64,000 nucleotides of DNA from Azolla caroliniana (GCA_043228905.1 JBHGNT010000008.1:17794001-17858000), one strand, 5' to 3'; positions 40,208 through 54,543 are shown, numbered from the stretch's first letter. Notes: a model not told the origin generated them from the sequence alone. Program-made: numbers and translations.

Positions 40208-40236
40208 CGCGCGCACACACACACACACACACACAC
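40151..40236. repeat. Compound (CT)n(CA)n microsatellite
   Basis: Visible directly. Confidence 0.9.
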
Positions 40237-41183
40237 GTGTACACACAATTTCCTTCCACTGCACAAGATCATCTACACTCTCCATTTCTTTATATGTTAT
40301 CAGAGCATGTGGTAGTGAAAAGAGATATGTGTGTAAACGTTATGCGAAACACAGAGCACACAGTTGGTTATCCGGAAACAAACAGTTAGGTAAACGTATA
40401 GGTAGAGTAGGAGAGAGAGAGAGACTGAGTCAGCAGACAACAAAAAACTTCTATTACAAAATGAATTAGTATCTACAATTGTGCTCATAGAACACTTTTC
40501 TATGAATGTGCACACATCATAAACTACAATAGTAAGTATGCAACATCCACAAGGGCCCTAGATTTTATTGAATGCAAGTAAAACCACGACACGCGTAATT
40601 ATTCATTCAAATGGAGAACATAGTATATATTACGAAATTGGTGGATGGATGGTACGTAGATTATGTGCACGTTGTGACATTGAGCACATAATTCAAGCCT
40701 CCACGTTACATGAATTACCGTAAGAGATGCAATGTTTTCTTTAGTTAAAACTTCCGCACACATGTGGTTATTCCTTAAAATTCATCCTTCATGATGATGC
40801 CCATCAACTAGATCAATGAATATTTTCCTTGTAATGGACCTCATTCCTTAATAATAAAGTGTCACAAGGAAGTATCTTTTTCTAAACAAAAAAGGTGTCA
40901 TAGGGAATGTTGCAAATATGATAGATAACACACATTTTTTTTAGATAAGCTAACATTGCACATACATTTACATGCATTCGTCGTAATTTTCATTTGAATG
41001 TTGATTCTAGAGCTTCCAAAGATAATTTTGGACAGACAAATGACGAAAAGCAACATAATAAAAATCAACACAATTGCAAAATAGTAAAATGTTGGAAAGG
41101 ATCACGATTTTGCAGTGAAAGAGATAATACAATCGGATCATGAAGAACAAAGTAACAAGACAATAATTGAAGTTGTGGTATAC

Positions 41184-41223
41184 ATCCCACATAGAAAGGC
41201 AAGATTACTCTAGGAGCTATAAA
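41184..41223 (+). promoter_or_regulatory. Plant snRNA promoter: USE (ATCCCACATAG, 41184-41194) + TATAAA (41218-41223)
   Basis: Matches the plant USE consensus RTCCCACATCG at 10/11 and is conserved upstream of the other U5 copies. Confidence 0.88.
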
Positions 41224-41250
41224 TCAAGATATCTGATATTGTATAATGTT

Positions 41251-41381
41251 ATTGGGATGGCATGGGTTGAGCACAAAGCGAACTATTCTTTCGCCTTTTA
41301 CTAAAGAGTACCGTGTGCTCTGCCTTCCATAAACGCCCTAACCTTAATTTTTGGGAGGGAGGCTCTACTTTGAGCTTCCCA
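41251..41381 (+). ncRNA. U5: U5 spliceosomal snRNA
   Basis: GAGCACAAAGCGAACTATTCTTTCGCCTTTTACTAAAGAGTACCGTGTGCTC contains the invariant loop I GCCTTTTAC. Sm site AATTTTTGG, 3' hairpin GGGAGGCTC...GAGCTTCCC, USE+TATA upstream. Ends approximate. Confidence 0.93.
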
Positions 41382-41993
41382 TCATAAAATAAAATAAAAG
41401 TATATCATGAACACTTAAATACTACTGGAGGATTTAAAGAAATTGTTATTAGCAATTATCTTTATTTTTAAGGAGTGAGATTGTCGAATGCATAGAACAA
41501 TGCTTAGTGAAATCATAGATATGTAAATTGAATGGAGATTTATTCCAATCTTAAAATTAGATTCTGTATATGATTAGGTAATCTAGTAGTATGTGGATAA
41601 AGCCGCCCAAATTAAACAACTCATTTAGCATGTGATCATGCATTATTGGAATCGAATTATCAAATTATATTTAGCATAGCACAAAGGATAATAGAAGATA
41701 TTATTATTTTTCTAAGCAATGTGAGATTTTTTGATGTTATTGATTTGTTGTTTTCTAGGGAATGAGAGCTTGCAAAGATGAATTTGGACAAACAAATGGC
41801 AAAATTGAACATAATAAAAACCAAAAATAAAATGTTAAAAGGATCATGATTTTTGCATCGAAAGGGATAATAGAATCAGTCATGAAGAATAAAGAAACAA
41901 GGCAGTAATTGAAGTTGTGTTATACATCCCACATAGAAAGGCAATGTCTCTCCAAGAGCTATAAATTGAAGACATTTGAGACAGACTCTCTTC

Positions 41994-42124
41994 ATTGGGA
42001 TGGCGTGGGTTGACCTCAAATTGAACTATTCTTCTGCCTTTTACTAAAGAATACCGTGTGCTCCTCCTATCCCAAACGCTCTAACCCTAATTTTTGGTAG
42101 GGAGGCTCTCAAGAGAGCTTCCCA
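41994..42124 (+). ncRNA. U5: U5 snRNA variant or pseudogene (second copy of a ~742-bp duplication)
   Basis: Loop I, Sm site and 3' hairpin kept. Stem I has mismatches (GACCTCAAATTG). USE 41926-41936, TATA 41960. Confidence 0.8.
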
Positions 42125-44655
42125 CTATAAATAATGTAAAAGAATTTCATTAACACTTAATTGTTGCTTTACTAGTTTTGAAGAAAACATCGTCCTTGTA
42201 TATTGCAATGTTTATTAAAATAATGGATATGTATGGGAATTCATCCCAAACTCGAAAATAAATCTTCCAAAGTTTGTATATGATTCATTTATAGACGCGG
42301 CAACTTACAATTACTGAAGAGGTATTTTGATGATTCATTACCATGAGAACACATATCATTGGCTTATGAAGACAACGCAAATTGGTTTTCATGTACCACA
42401 AGTCTCAAAAATAAATTTGGTTGATGAATTGCCTTTAAGGAGTGAGATTGTAGAATGCGTAGAACAATCTTGGTTGAAATAATGAGGATTCATCCCAATC
42501 TCAAAATTCAATCTTAGCAACTTTTCTATATGACATAAGGATTAAACAAGTCTACACAATTTAGTAGGATATGGATAAAGCCATGGATTAAACACGTCAA
42601 TTAGTGTGTGCTCATGTATAACGCAATCGAATTATCAAGATATGTTTACTAGGATAACACAATGGATGATACAATATATTCTTATTTTTCCGAGGAATGT
42701 GAGTTGATGACACTAGGTTTTTGGTGTTGTTAATTTGTTGATCCAAATCGGATGGCACAAACATAAGTAGATACTCAAAGAGAATAGGCAATTGTAGCCA
42801 TATCACTAAATCTTTTTGTCTTGAAGCACACTCCATTTGTAACAATGATTGTCACCTTACAACGAGAAGACATATCTTGATGATTACTTTGATAAACCAT
42901 TAGCTTACAAGGCAATTTGTTTTCGTCATATTATCCTTTTATGTTAACTTGAGGGTGTTACGACTTTGTCATCGTTTGTAATTTTGTGGTTTTTTGAGAT
43001 GTAGAACTATTAGTGCATTGTGTATGTGTAATGGAATCATTGGTGGCATGCGAGGAGGCATACAACACTACACCCATGGTTGATATCCATGCCCCTAATA
43101 AGTAACATTGATGTATGACACATTAGGGAATTGATGTCCATAATCTTCATGTGTTGAGGCCAATTAAAAAGAGCTCACAAGAGAATGAGTTAAAAAACAA
43201 CCAATCTAGAGGTTTTTCACAAAAACAATGAGAACATCATGTACTCAAAACATAGATGTGTTTTCATCTACAAAATACATCAAGAGCTAACTCTTCAATT
43301 ATACAAGTCTGTAAACCCCTCAACCCAAACAACACCCATGGCATTGGTATACAATATAAGTTAATGAAGGATGAAAAACTTCATGTAAAGCAAGAATTAG
43401 TAAAGCCTAAATAGCCTAAAACTTTCATTTAAAACAGAATTATTGCTATCATACATTATGGAAAATAATTGAGGTATCAATACCATCATGTGGAGATCAC
43501 ACATCATGCATACCAATGAAGGATGAGTGTCAATATTGAAGTTTTTTACGCTAAAGCAATAAAATTAAAGCTTAAAGCACATATCATGGCTTTGTATATA
43601 GAAACAACATTTGAAAACTATGACACTTTTCTTTTAGAACCATTAGACAAAATCATGTTTGCAATCTACATCAATCTATGTCCATATAGAGACATCCATG
43701 GGTTTCCATTTGGAGAATCTAAAAAAAATACTTCAAATAACAATGCATAGAACTTTGTTAGACATCTCTTCCCTTTTGGTTTCTCTTTCATCTCTTCAAC
43801 ATTACAAGCGTCAAGGTCAGACATTTCAATAGTATTTGCACAAATCAGCTTCATATTACTACCAAATGCAAATAGTTAATGGGTTGATATACTCAAATGT
43901 TGCCTCACAAATTTATGTTTCTTTTATATAATCATTATTTATTTTATTATTGCTTCTATTTCATGTAGTAACTATAATATATGGTATTCCATTGACTTCT
44001 TTATTCATACTTACTAGTAACTACTTTAGTTGGGTAAAGAACATGATCTTCTAGCCAACATATCATTTATTTCCTTTTCACGTTCTCTTATGTTAAGGAT
44101 GGTTGTTCTATATGGGTTTTTACAAACTTCTTCTAAAAGAGGAACATCGTTATTAGTATCAATCTACTAACTCTTATCTGCTATTTTTAGAAACCAATTG
44201 TAATGTACAATTCTTCACAAAATACTTAGATGGACAAATATTTTTAGAAATCAATTGCAACTTATATTACTTCACAAAATACTTAAGTGGACAAAGATGT
44301 TGGCTAAATGTGTATACATTTTGATGTCCAACTATTCATTGTGGTTGGGTTGTTTACCATTAGTCAATGTGAAATGACCAAAAAGCCATTGTTGTAATAC
44401 GGATAGCAAGCAATCTAACAAGAGAAGGAAAAGTGTTAATGAAAGTTTAAGAAGGGCAAAGAAGCCCTAGTGAGGCAAACTAACAAGAAAATAACTATTG
44501 CAAGCCAATGTTTATACCTATATAAACCATTGTGTGGTTCGTTACGAAGGTTCACAAGGTTATGGACAAGCACACCACTAACTTGAAGTGAGAATGACAG
44601 GTGCAAAGAGGTGGCAATGGTAGGGACTTTAATTTGTTTTCCTAACATTTTATAG

Positions 44656-44787
44656 TGGGAAGCTCTATTGAGAGCCTCCCCTCCCAAAAATTAGGGTTAG
44701 GGCCTTTGAGATAGGAGGAGTACACAGTATTCTTTAGTAAAAGGCGAAAGAATAGCTCGCTCTGTGCTCAACCCACGCCATTCCAAT
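44656..44787 (-). ncRNA. U5: U5 snRNA
   Basis: Loop I TTCGCCTTTTACTAAAG, Sm site, 3' hairpin. TATA 44816-44821, USE 44844-44854. Confidence 0.88.
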
Positions 44788-45243
44788 GAAGATATAGTTT
44801 GGCTTCAGCTTTCAATTTATAGCCCCGAAGTTAGCTTGCCTTTGTATGTGGGATGCATAAAATACAACATAATGTTGAAATAAACAATAATATTACAATA
44901 ATAAAAGAAATAAATAACTATAGAGTTGACTGAAAGAAGACACATTGTATCGAACATCAAAAAGAAGGAGTACTAGAATGGAATTGACATACTTGTTGTG
45001 CCACTACACATTTGTTGAATCAACACCCTAAGTTTATGCAAAATCTGTTATTTACTTTATTCTTATACTCATCAACTCTAGGAATCATGTATGTTTCTTG
45101 ATGGCTAATCCTGATAGACTTTAACTCACACGTAGGCCACCAATATACCGAGACACAAACAAAATAAAACAAGTAGCACACAATTTACGTGGAAAACCTT
45201 CATTTCAGGGAAAAAAACACTATGAATAAAGACTTCCACTATG

Positions 45244-48200
45244 GTAAATGCATCCTAGTCGGCTATGCTCAAGAGCAAAAGGGGTATAAGTGTTATAACC
45301 CCCGGACGAAGCAGGTCCGAGTCAGCCGAGATGTCGAGTTTGATGAATCGGCATCGTGGTATTCCTTACCGACTCCGACTTCCGATCCCGATCCGATGTC
45401 GGAGGATGGGGCTAGTGAGCCCGAACCGGCCCAAGTAGAGAAAGATGAAGCCGGGACTCAAGATGAGAGTCCGGAATCGTTCCGGTTAAGCAGACCGAAT
45501 GAGAGACTGGATTAGTCCAACCAGTCGGATGATGAGACGGCGAGTAGTGGAGACTCTGTCGTGCTTTCCCCGCACAAGGAACCGAGGAGACAGTTCACAC
45601 GCAAAGAGAAAGGGAAGCAGAAGATGCTGGAATTCGAGACCGGCTATGATGAGTCGGATCGGTGCGTATCTGACTTTGGCAAGGACATAGGCAAATCTTC
45701 AGGAACGAAGACCGAACCGGCCAAGAAGGGTCTCATACCGAGTAACGGTGAGTTATGCCAGTCCACCCGCCAGAAAGATCCCGTTAAACGGTACAGGTGT
45801 AACGAGTACATGGTGCATCATTATGCGTACATGACCAAGGTTGCGGAAGTGCGTGAGCCGGAGAGCTACCCAGAAGCGGCAAAGGACGCAAATTGGCATG
45901 CCGCTATGGAGGAAGAAATGCGGGCACTGGATGCCAACGGCACTTGGGACCTGGTTGACCCACCCCATCACTCTAAACCGATCGGATGCAAGTGGGTGTA
46001 CAAGATAAAGTACAATGTTGATGGTACAGTTAACCGGTACAAAGCCCGGTTAGTGGCGAAGGGATATGCGCAGACCCACGGAATCGACTACGACGAGACC
46101 TTCGCTCCTCTAGCAAAGATGACGATGGTTTGTGTGGTACTGGCGGTTGCTGCGGCAAGGGGGTGGCATCTTCATCAGATGGATGTGAAGAATGCCTTCC
46201 TTCAAGGAGATCTTGAAGAAAAAGTCTTTATGACTCAGCCCCCCCCGGATTTCAGTCGGAGGTGAACAAGTCGGCGGTATGCCGGCTGAGGAAGTCATTG
46301 TACAGCTTGAAGCAAGCCCCCGTGCTTGGAATGCCAAGATCACGCACCGGTAACGAAAGATGGGGTTTGTTGCCTCTAAGTCGGACTCTTCCCTGCTCAT
46401 CCGTCAAGGCTCAAACGGTCCGGTATGTATCTTACTCTATGTTGATGATTTAGTCATCACCGGCCCAGGTCTTTCGGAAATCAACCGCATCAAGTCCCAG
46501 TTGTCGGACGCATTCGATATGAAGGACTTGGGGGACCTTCATTATTTTTTGGTGATCGAGGTGATCCGCACCCCCGACGACATATTGCTTTCTCAACGCC
46601 ATTATGTGTTGAATATACTATACAAGTTCGGCATGACGGAATGCCGACCTGTCTCCACACCCCTGGACCGGAATCAGAAGATCCGTCCCAACTCCGGACC
46701 AGCCTGCGATGAGAAACGGTTCCAACAAATAGTCGGAATCCTGATCTATTTGACCATCACCCGACCTGACATTAGCTATCCGGTCGGAGTGGTAAGCCAA
46801 TTCATGCAGAAGCCGACCGTGGAGCACCTTCAATGCGCGCAACGAATACTAAGGTATGTAAGCGGCACTAAGGACCAGGGGCTCTTATACTGGCAAGGTA
46901 TAACCGAAGAGCTTGTCGGCTACACGGATGCCGACTGGGCTGGCGATGCAACGGATCGTCACTCAACTTCCGGCTTTATGTTTTCTCTTGGGAGCGCGGT
47001 TGTTGCGTGGAGTAGCAAAAAGCAGCGAACAGTGGCTCTATCCAGCACTGAGGCTGAATACTGGGGCGTGTTCCATGCTCGCACAAAGCACATAGAAGTG
47101 CATTATCACTTCGTGTGTGAGCAAGTCCTGAGCGGTGAAGTTGAACTATGGTATGTTCACACGGATCGGCAAGTTACCGACATCTTCACCAAGCCGCTCG
47201 GGTCGGACAAGTTGCAGCACTTTACCGAAATGCTTGGTGTTCAGCATCTGGACGTGCCGCACTTGAGGGGGAGACACAAGGGCAAAGACACTACCGAAAC
47301 GGGCAAAGGAAAAAAAACTGTTGAACCCATAGGTAAGAGAAGAACCGGTAGAGGTGGAGACAAGAAGAAAAAAGAAGCCGAGTCGACGAAGGAAGTCGGC
47401 ACATCCGAACAGATCGGAGTGAGCGGATGTGAAGAAGAAGTGTACACTCAGGAAGAGAAGTGCATGCTATGCGGAGGTCATCACGATTGTAATGGCCATG
47501 ATGCGGAGTCGAATGAAGAATTCGACTTCGGTAAACCGGCTGAAGAGGCGAAGGAGACACGGACGCAGTGGAAGTCGATGCCATCGTGGAGGAACCGACG
47601 GATCGGCAAGCGCCGGAGTCATAGCAGCGAAGGAGCTGAGATGGGCCTATTGAGCAGACATGCCGAAGGACGAGGCGCGCAGAACCAAAGGGGTCGCGAC
47701 AAATGGGACCGGACCGAACAAGGAGTGCGAGCAAGGCGAAGCGACGCCAGGAGAAGTCGGTTGGAAGAACCGGCTACCACAGAGGTTGACACTACGACCC
47801 TACCTCAGGTTGAGCTTGAGGGGGAGTGTTGAGCGGCAAGCTCAACTGGAGCCGGATCGGCTGAATAAGCCTGAGCCGGTAACTGAGATGAATCGGTATG
47901 CCGGTGAGCAACCGAGCCGGTAAGCAGTAAGGACCCGTGAGCTAGGGAGCCGGTATGCCGGATCCAATCCGTAACCGGAAGCCAAGTATAGGTTAGACTA
48001 CTAGGCAGTTATAGTCTCGTAGTTAGTGTCAGATGCTCGTGTGAGCTTTGAAGTACACCATACTTCTAACAGTCCCGTGTGGACTTGTATAAATAGCGTT
48101 GATGAGCGCGTTGTAGATACATAGAGCACAGAGTATTCATATAATTTTGAAGAATAGTGTGTCTTGCTCTCTCTCTCTATCTCTCCCGCGTACTCTCTCT

Positions 48201-48256
48201 CTCTCTCTCTCTTTGTGTATTGTTCCTTCTAATGCTTACGCAAGCAATCTTTTACA
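45244..48256 (+). mobile_element. Ty1/copia element C, 5'-truncated (integrase C-terminus, RT, RNase H, 3' LTR 47827-48256); same family as A and B
   Basis: KCILVGYAQEQKGYKCYNP, RT motifs with frameshifts, in-frame deletion in RNase H (STEAEYWG/VFHARTKH), PPT 47816-47826, LTR TGTTGAGCGG...TTTACA. Confidence 0.92.
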
Positions 48257-48507
48257 CAAAATCTGTTATTTACTTTATTCTTATACTCATCAACTCTAGG
48301 AATCATGTATGTTTCTTGATGGCTAAATTTGATAGACTTTACACTCACACGTAGGCCACCAATATATCGAGACACAAACAAAATAAAACAAGTAGCACAC
48401 AATTTACGTGGAAAATCTTCATTTCAGGGAAAAACCATGGTGAACAAAAACTTCCACTATGAGACAAGAAAGAATACAATCAAAGAATGGTAGAAGATGG
48501 CTAATCC

Positions 48508-49044
48508 TGATAGATTTTACACTTAGATGTAGGCCACCAATATACTGAGACACAAACAGAATAAAACAAGTAGCACACGATTTACGTGGAAAACCCTGAT
48601 TTCAGGGAAAAACCATGGTGAACAAAGATTTCCAGTATGAGACAAGAATGAATACAATCATCCAATGATAGAACTTGATTTGGTATGGATGTATTCTCAG
48701 GTTGTTATGTGAAACCACAGTTTCAGCCAAGTGCACCAATTCCTAACTCGTCCGTATCTATCTCCTTTGAAGGTTTCAAAGCTTCTCTGTTACACAGAGT
48801 TCTTTCTTTGCTTCCTTTGACATTCTGTTGCGGAGCGATGCCACTCACACTCTCATAGCCACGACTATGTTCGCTCTTTGTCGCTTTTTCCTCACAACGC
48901 GTTCACTCTCTCGCGCGCTCACACTCACTAGTTCCCTTCCATGCTTCTCTCACACTATATAGTCTAAGTGATTTAGCCCACATACACCTGTAGCCAACAA
49001 CACTATGTCTATATATACTAATCTAACTCTCACATATATATAGA

Positions 49045-49091
<47 letters not shown>

Positions 49092-49292
49092 GTTTGAACA
49101 TCTATTTGGCTAAGTCTTGTCTCGGTTTGGCACGTTACGTCGATTTTCGCCATCCGTGTTTCGGTTTGGCTTTTCGGTCGACCATATATTGGTTTGGCTC
49201 TTCAGCTGATTTCGGCCAGCCGAGTCTCGCTTCGGCTTCTCGGCCGACTCCCCTGTAAGGAGGGACAATCTTACATAACAAATCCCTCCACT
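48508..49292 (-). mobile_element. Probable copia-type 3' LTR plus PPT remnant inside the U5 tandem unit (different family; repeated in each unit)
   Basis: Minus strand reads PPT-like AGTGGAGGGATT then TGTTATGTAAG...CTATCA, with an internal TATATATA. The plus-strand motif GATTTACGTGGAAAACCC...GGGAAAAACCA is familiar from plant copia LTRs. Confidence 0.5.
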
Positions 49293-49395
49293 ACGCAATA
49301 TGTTCACAACAAGTCGCTCCACAATGGCCATAGTGAGCTAAGAGATCCCTGGATTTTGAGGGTGAGGAGGATGAGTAGGGCTTCTGCATTAAACC

Positions 49396-49469
<74 letters not shown>

Positions 49470-49970
49470 ATGTGGCAATGTCGTATTTGTAGAGCACCGA
49501 CGAGGTCCATGAATGGATGGACGAGGGACGAGGCAATGTTTTGTTCAATTGAAGATGTTGTATAGAGAAATCATGAGGGAGAATTTTAAATCTGCCTAAA
49601 GAAAGAAAGAAAAAGTAAAAGCCTTCAATTAATTGATTGGGGAAGGAGGCATCATTCTCTCTCTCTCTCTCCCTCTCTCTCTCTCTTCTCATCATATCGG
49701 CTGTAAGTCTGGTCTCTAGTACAAAGGATGCACGAATCCATAATGTTATTGCACATTGTCGCCATCGATATAATGGAGTTGTTTGAAGTATGTCACACTC
49801 GAGCGCAAAAAGCCATTATTGTAATATGGATACCAAGCAATCTAAAAAGAGAAGGAAAAGTGTTAATGAAAGTTTAAGAAAGGCAAAGAAGCCCTAGTGA
49901 GGGAAACTAACAAGAAAATAATTATTGCAAGCCAATGTTTATACCTATATAAACCATAGTGTGGTTCGTT

Positions 49971-49996
49971 ACAGTATTCTTTAGTAAAAGGCGAAA
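49971..49996 (-). pseudogene. U5 loop I fragment only
   Basis: TTTCGCCTTTTACTAAAGAATACTGT left between two deletions. Confidence 0.75.
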
Positions 49997-51603
49997 TCTT
50001 CATTTAAGGGAAAAACCATGGTGAACAAAGACTTCCACTATGAGACAAGAAAGAATACAATCAAAGAATGATAGAAGATGGCTAATCCTAATAGATTTTA
50101 CACTCAGATGTAGGCCACCAATATACTAAGACACAAACAGAATAAAACAAGTAGCACATGATTTACGTGGAAAACCGTCATTTCAAGGAAAAACCAAGGG
50201 GAATAAAAATTTCCACTATGAGACAAGAACGGATACAATCATCCAATGATAGAACCTGATTTGGTATGGATGTATTCTCAGGTTGTTATGCGAAACCACA
50301 ATTTCAGCCGGGTGCACCAATTCCTAACTTGTACGTATCTATCTCCTTTGAAGCTTTCAAAGCTTCTCTGTTACACTCTTCTTTCTTTGCTTCCTTTGAC
50401 ACTCTGTTGCAGAGCTATGCCACTCACTCTCACATAGCCACAAGTATATTTGCACTTTGTTGCTTTTCGCTCACAATACGTTCACTGTCTCGCGCGCTCA
50501 CACTCACTAGTTCACTTCCGTGCTTCTCTCACAGTATATACTCTAAGTGATTTAGCCCACATACACCTATAGCCAACAACACTATGTCTATATATACTAA
50601 CCTAACTCTCACATATATATAGATGAATATATATATATGAACAACTATTTGGCTAAGTCTTGTCTCGGTTTGGCACGTTTGGTCGATTTTGGCCATCTGT
50701 GTTTCGCTTTGGCTTTTCGGCCGACCATGTCTCGGTTTGGCTCTTCGGCTGATTTCGGCCAACCGAGTCTCGCTTCGGCTTCTCGGCCGACTCCACCGTA
50801 AGCAGGGACAATCTTACATCACAAATCCCTCCACTAGGCAATATGTTTACAACAAGTCCCTCCACAATGGCCATAGTGAGCTAAGAGACCCCTGGATTTT
50901 GAGGGTCAGGAGGATGAGTAGGGCTTTTGCATTAAATCCATGTATATATATATATATATAGAGAATGAGAGAGAGAGAGAGAAAGTGTGTCAATGCTATG
51001 TTTGTAGAGGAGCGATGAGGTCCGTGAATGGATGGACGAGGGATAAGGCAACGTTTTGTTCAATTAACTTGACGTTGTATAGAGAAATCATGAGGGAGAA
51101 TTGTAAATCTGCCGAAAGAAAGAAAGAAAAAGAAAAAGCCTTCAATTAATTGATTGGGGAAGGAGGCATCATTCTCTCTCTCTCTCTCTCTCCCTCTCTC
51201 TCTCTCTTCTCATCACATCAGCTGTGAGTCTGGTATCTAGTACAAAGAATGCACGAATCCATAATGTTATTGCACATTATCGCCACCGATATTATGGAGT
51301 TGTTTGAAGTATGTCACACTCGAGCGCAAAAAGCCATTATTGGAATATCGATAAAAAGCAATCTAACAAGAGAAGGAAAAGTGTTAATGAAAGTTTAAGA
51401 AGGGCAAAGAAGCCCTAGTGAGGGAAACTAACAAGAAAATAATTATTTCAAGCCAATGTTTATACCTATATAAACCATTGTGTGTTTCGTTACTAAGGTT
51501 CACACGGTTATGGACAAGCACACAACTAACTTGAAGTGAGAATGACAGGTGCAAAGAGGTGGCAATGGTATGGACTTTAATTTGTTTTCTTAACATTTTA
51601 TAG

Positions 51604-51734
51604 TAGGAAGCTCTATTGACAGCCTCCCTCCCAAAAATTAGGGTTAGGGCGTTTGAGATAGGAGGAGCACACGGTATTCTTTAGTAAAAGGCAGAAGAAT
51701 AGCTTGCTCTGTGCTCAACCCACGCCATTCCAAT
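51604..51734 (-). ncRNA. U5: U5 snRNA variant
   Basis: Loop I, Sm site and slightly mismatched 3' hairpin. TATA 51763-51768, USE 51791-51801. Confidence 0.82.
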
Positions 51735-53092
51735 GAAGGTATAGTTTGGCTTCAGCTTTCAATTTATAGGCCCGACGTTACCTTGCCTTTGTATGTGGGA
51801 TGCATAAAATACAACATAATGTTGAAATAAACAATAATATTACAATAATAAAAGAAATAAATAACTATAGAGTTAACTAAAAGAAGAGATATTGAATCGA
51901 ACATCAGAAAGAAAGAGTACTAGAATGGAATTGACATACTTGTTGTACCACTAAAGATTTGTTGAATCAATACCCTAAGTTTATACAAAATCTCTTATTT
52001 ACTTTATTCTTATACTCATCAACTCTCGGAATCATGTATATTTCTTGATGGCTAATCTTGATAGACTTTACACTCACACGTAGGCCACCAATATACCGAG
52101 ACACAAACAAAATAAAACAAGTAGCACACAATTTACGTGGAAGAACTTCATTCTAGGGAAAAACCATGGTGAACAAAGACTTCCACTATGAGACAAGAAA
52201 GAATACAATCAAAGAATGGTCGAAGATGGCTAATCCTGATAGATTTTACACTCAGATGTAGGCCACCAATATACTAAGACACAAACAGAATAAAACAAGT
52301 AGCACACGATTTACGTGGAAAACCCTAATTTCAGGGAAAAACCATGGTGAACAAAGATTTCCTCTATGAGACAAGAACGGATACAATCATCCAATGATAG
52401 AACCTGATTTGGTATGGATGTATTCTCAGGTTGTTATGTGAAACCACAGTTTCAGCCGAGTGCACCAATTCCAACTCGTACGTATCTATCTCCTTTGAAG
52501 CTTTCAAAGCTTCTCTGTTACACTCTTCTTTCTTTGCTTCCTTTGACACTCTATTGCAGAGCTATGCCACTCACTCTCACATAGCCATGAGTATATTCAC
52601 ACTTTGTTGCTTTTTCCTCACAACGCGTTCACTCTCTCGCGCGCTCACACTCACTAGTTCACTTCCGTGCTTCTCTCATAGTATATACTCTAAGTGATTT
52701 AGACCACATACACCTATAGCCAACAACACTATGTCTATATATACTAACCTAACTCTCACATATATATCGATGAATATATATATTCGTTTGAACAACTATT
52801 TGGCTAAGTCTTGTCTCGGTTCGGCACGTTTGGTCGATTTTGGCCATCCGTGTTTCGGTTTGGCTTTTCGGCCGACCATGTCTCGGTTTGGCTCTTCGGC
52901 TGATTTCGGCCAACCGAGTCTCGCTCGGCTTCTCGGCCGACTCCACCGTAAGCAGGGACAGTCTTACATCACAAATCCCTCCACTACGCAATATATTCAC
53001 AGCAAGTCCCTCCACAATGGCCATAGTGAGCTAAGAGACCCCTCGATTTTGAGGGTGAGGAGGATGAGTAGGGCTTCTGCATTAAACCAAGG

Positions 53093-53161
<69 letters not shown>

Positions 53162-53773
53162 TGTGTCAATGCCGTGTTTGTAGAGGAGTGACGAGGTCCG
53201 TGAATGAATGGACGAGGGAAGAGGCAACGTTTTGTTCAATTGAAGATGTTGTATAGAGAAATCATGAGGGAGAATTGTAAATCTGCCGAAAGAAAGAAAG
53301 AAAAAGAAAAAGCCTTCAATTAATTGATTAGGGAAGGAGGAATCATTCTCACTCTCTCACTCTCTCCCTCTCTCTCTTCTCATCACATCCGTTGTGAGTC
53401 TGATCTCTAGTACAAAGGATGCACGAATCCATAATGTTATTGCACATTGTCGCCACCGATATTATGGGGTTGTTTGAAGTATGTCACACTCGAGCACAAA
53501 AAGCCATTATTGGAATATACATAGCAAGCAATCTAATAAGAGAAGGAAAAGTGTTAATGAAAGTTTAAGAAGGGCAAAGAAGCCCTACTGAGGCAAACTT
53601 ACAAGAAAATAATTATTGCAAGCCAATGTTTATACCTATATAAACCATTGTGTGGTTCGTTACTAAGGTTCACACGGTTATGGACAAGCACACAACTAAC
53701 TTGAAGTGAGAATGACAGGTGCAAAGAGCTGGCAATGGTAGGGACTTTAATTTGTTTTCTTAACATTTTATAG

Positions 53774-53892
53774 TGGGAAGCTCTATTGAGAGCCTCCCCT
53801 CCCAAAAATTAGGGTTAGGGCGTTTGAGATAGGAGGAGCACACGGTATTCTTTAGTAAAAGGCGAACGAATAGCTCGCTCTGTGCTAAACCC
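53774..53892 (-). pseudogene. U5 snRNA pseudogene, 5' end deleted
   Basis: A deletion joins stem I to the TATA region, and the USE is mutated (ATCCAACATAC). Confidence 0.78.
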
Positions 53893-54507
53893 TTTCAATT
53901 TATAGGCCCGACGTTACCTTGCCTTTGTATGTTGGATGCATAAAATACAACATAATGTTATGCCACTCTATTGCATAGCTATGCCACTCACTCTCTCATA
54001 GCCACGACTATGTTCGCTCTTTGTTGCTTTTTCCTCACAACGCATTCACTCTCTCGTGCGCTCACACTGACTAGTTCACTTCCGTGTTTCTCTCACACTA
54101 TATACTCTAACTGATTTAGGCCACATACACCTATAGCCAACAACACTATGTCTATATATACTAACCTAACTCTCACATATATATATATATTCGTTTGAAC
54201 AACTATTTGGCTAAGTCTTGTCTCGGTTCGGCACGTTTGGTCGATTTTGGCCATCCGTGTTTCGGTTTGGCTTTTCGACCGACCATGTCTCGGTTTGGCT
54301 CTTCGGCTGATTTCGGCCAACCGAGTCTCGCTTCGGCTTCTTGGCCGACTCTTCCGTAAGGAAAGACAATCTTACATAACAAATCCCTCCACTAGGCAAT
54401 ATGTTCACAACAAGTCCCTCCACAATGGCCATAGTGAGCTAAGAGACCCCTGGATTTTGAGGTTGAGGAGGATGAGTAGGACTTCTACATTAAATCCATG
54501 TATATAT

Positions 54508-54543
<36 letters not shown>

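Noticed and set aside
42500-44350. Short ORFs in the AT-rich spacer
   Set aside because: No recognisable motifs or exon structure.
44690-44703. TTAGGGTTAGGG telomere-like motif
   Set aside because: Only two units, lying inside U5 just before the Sm site.
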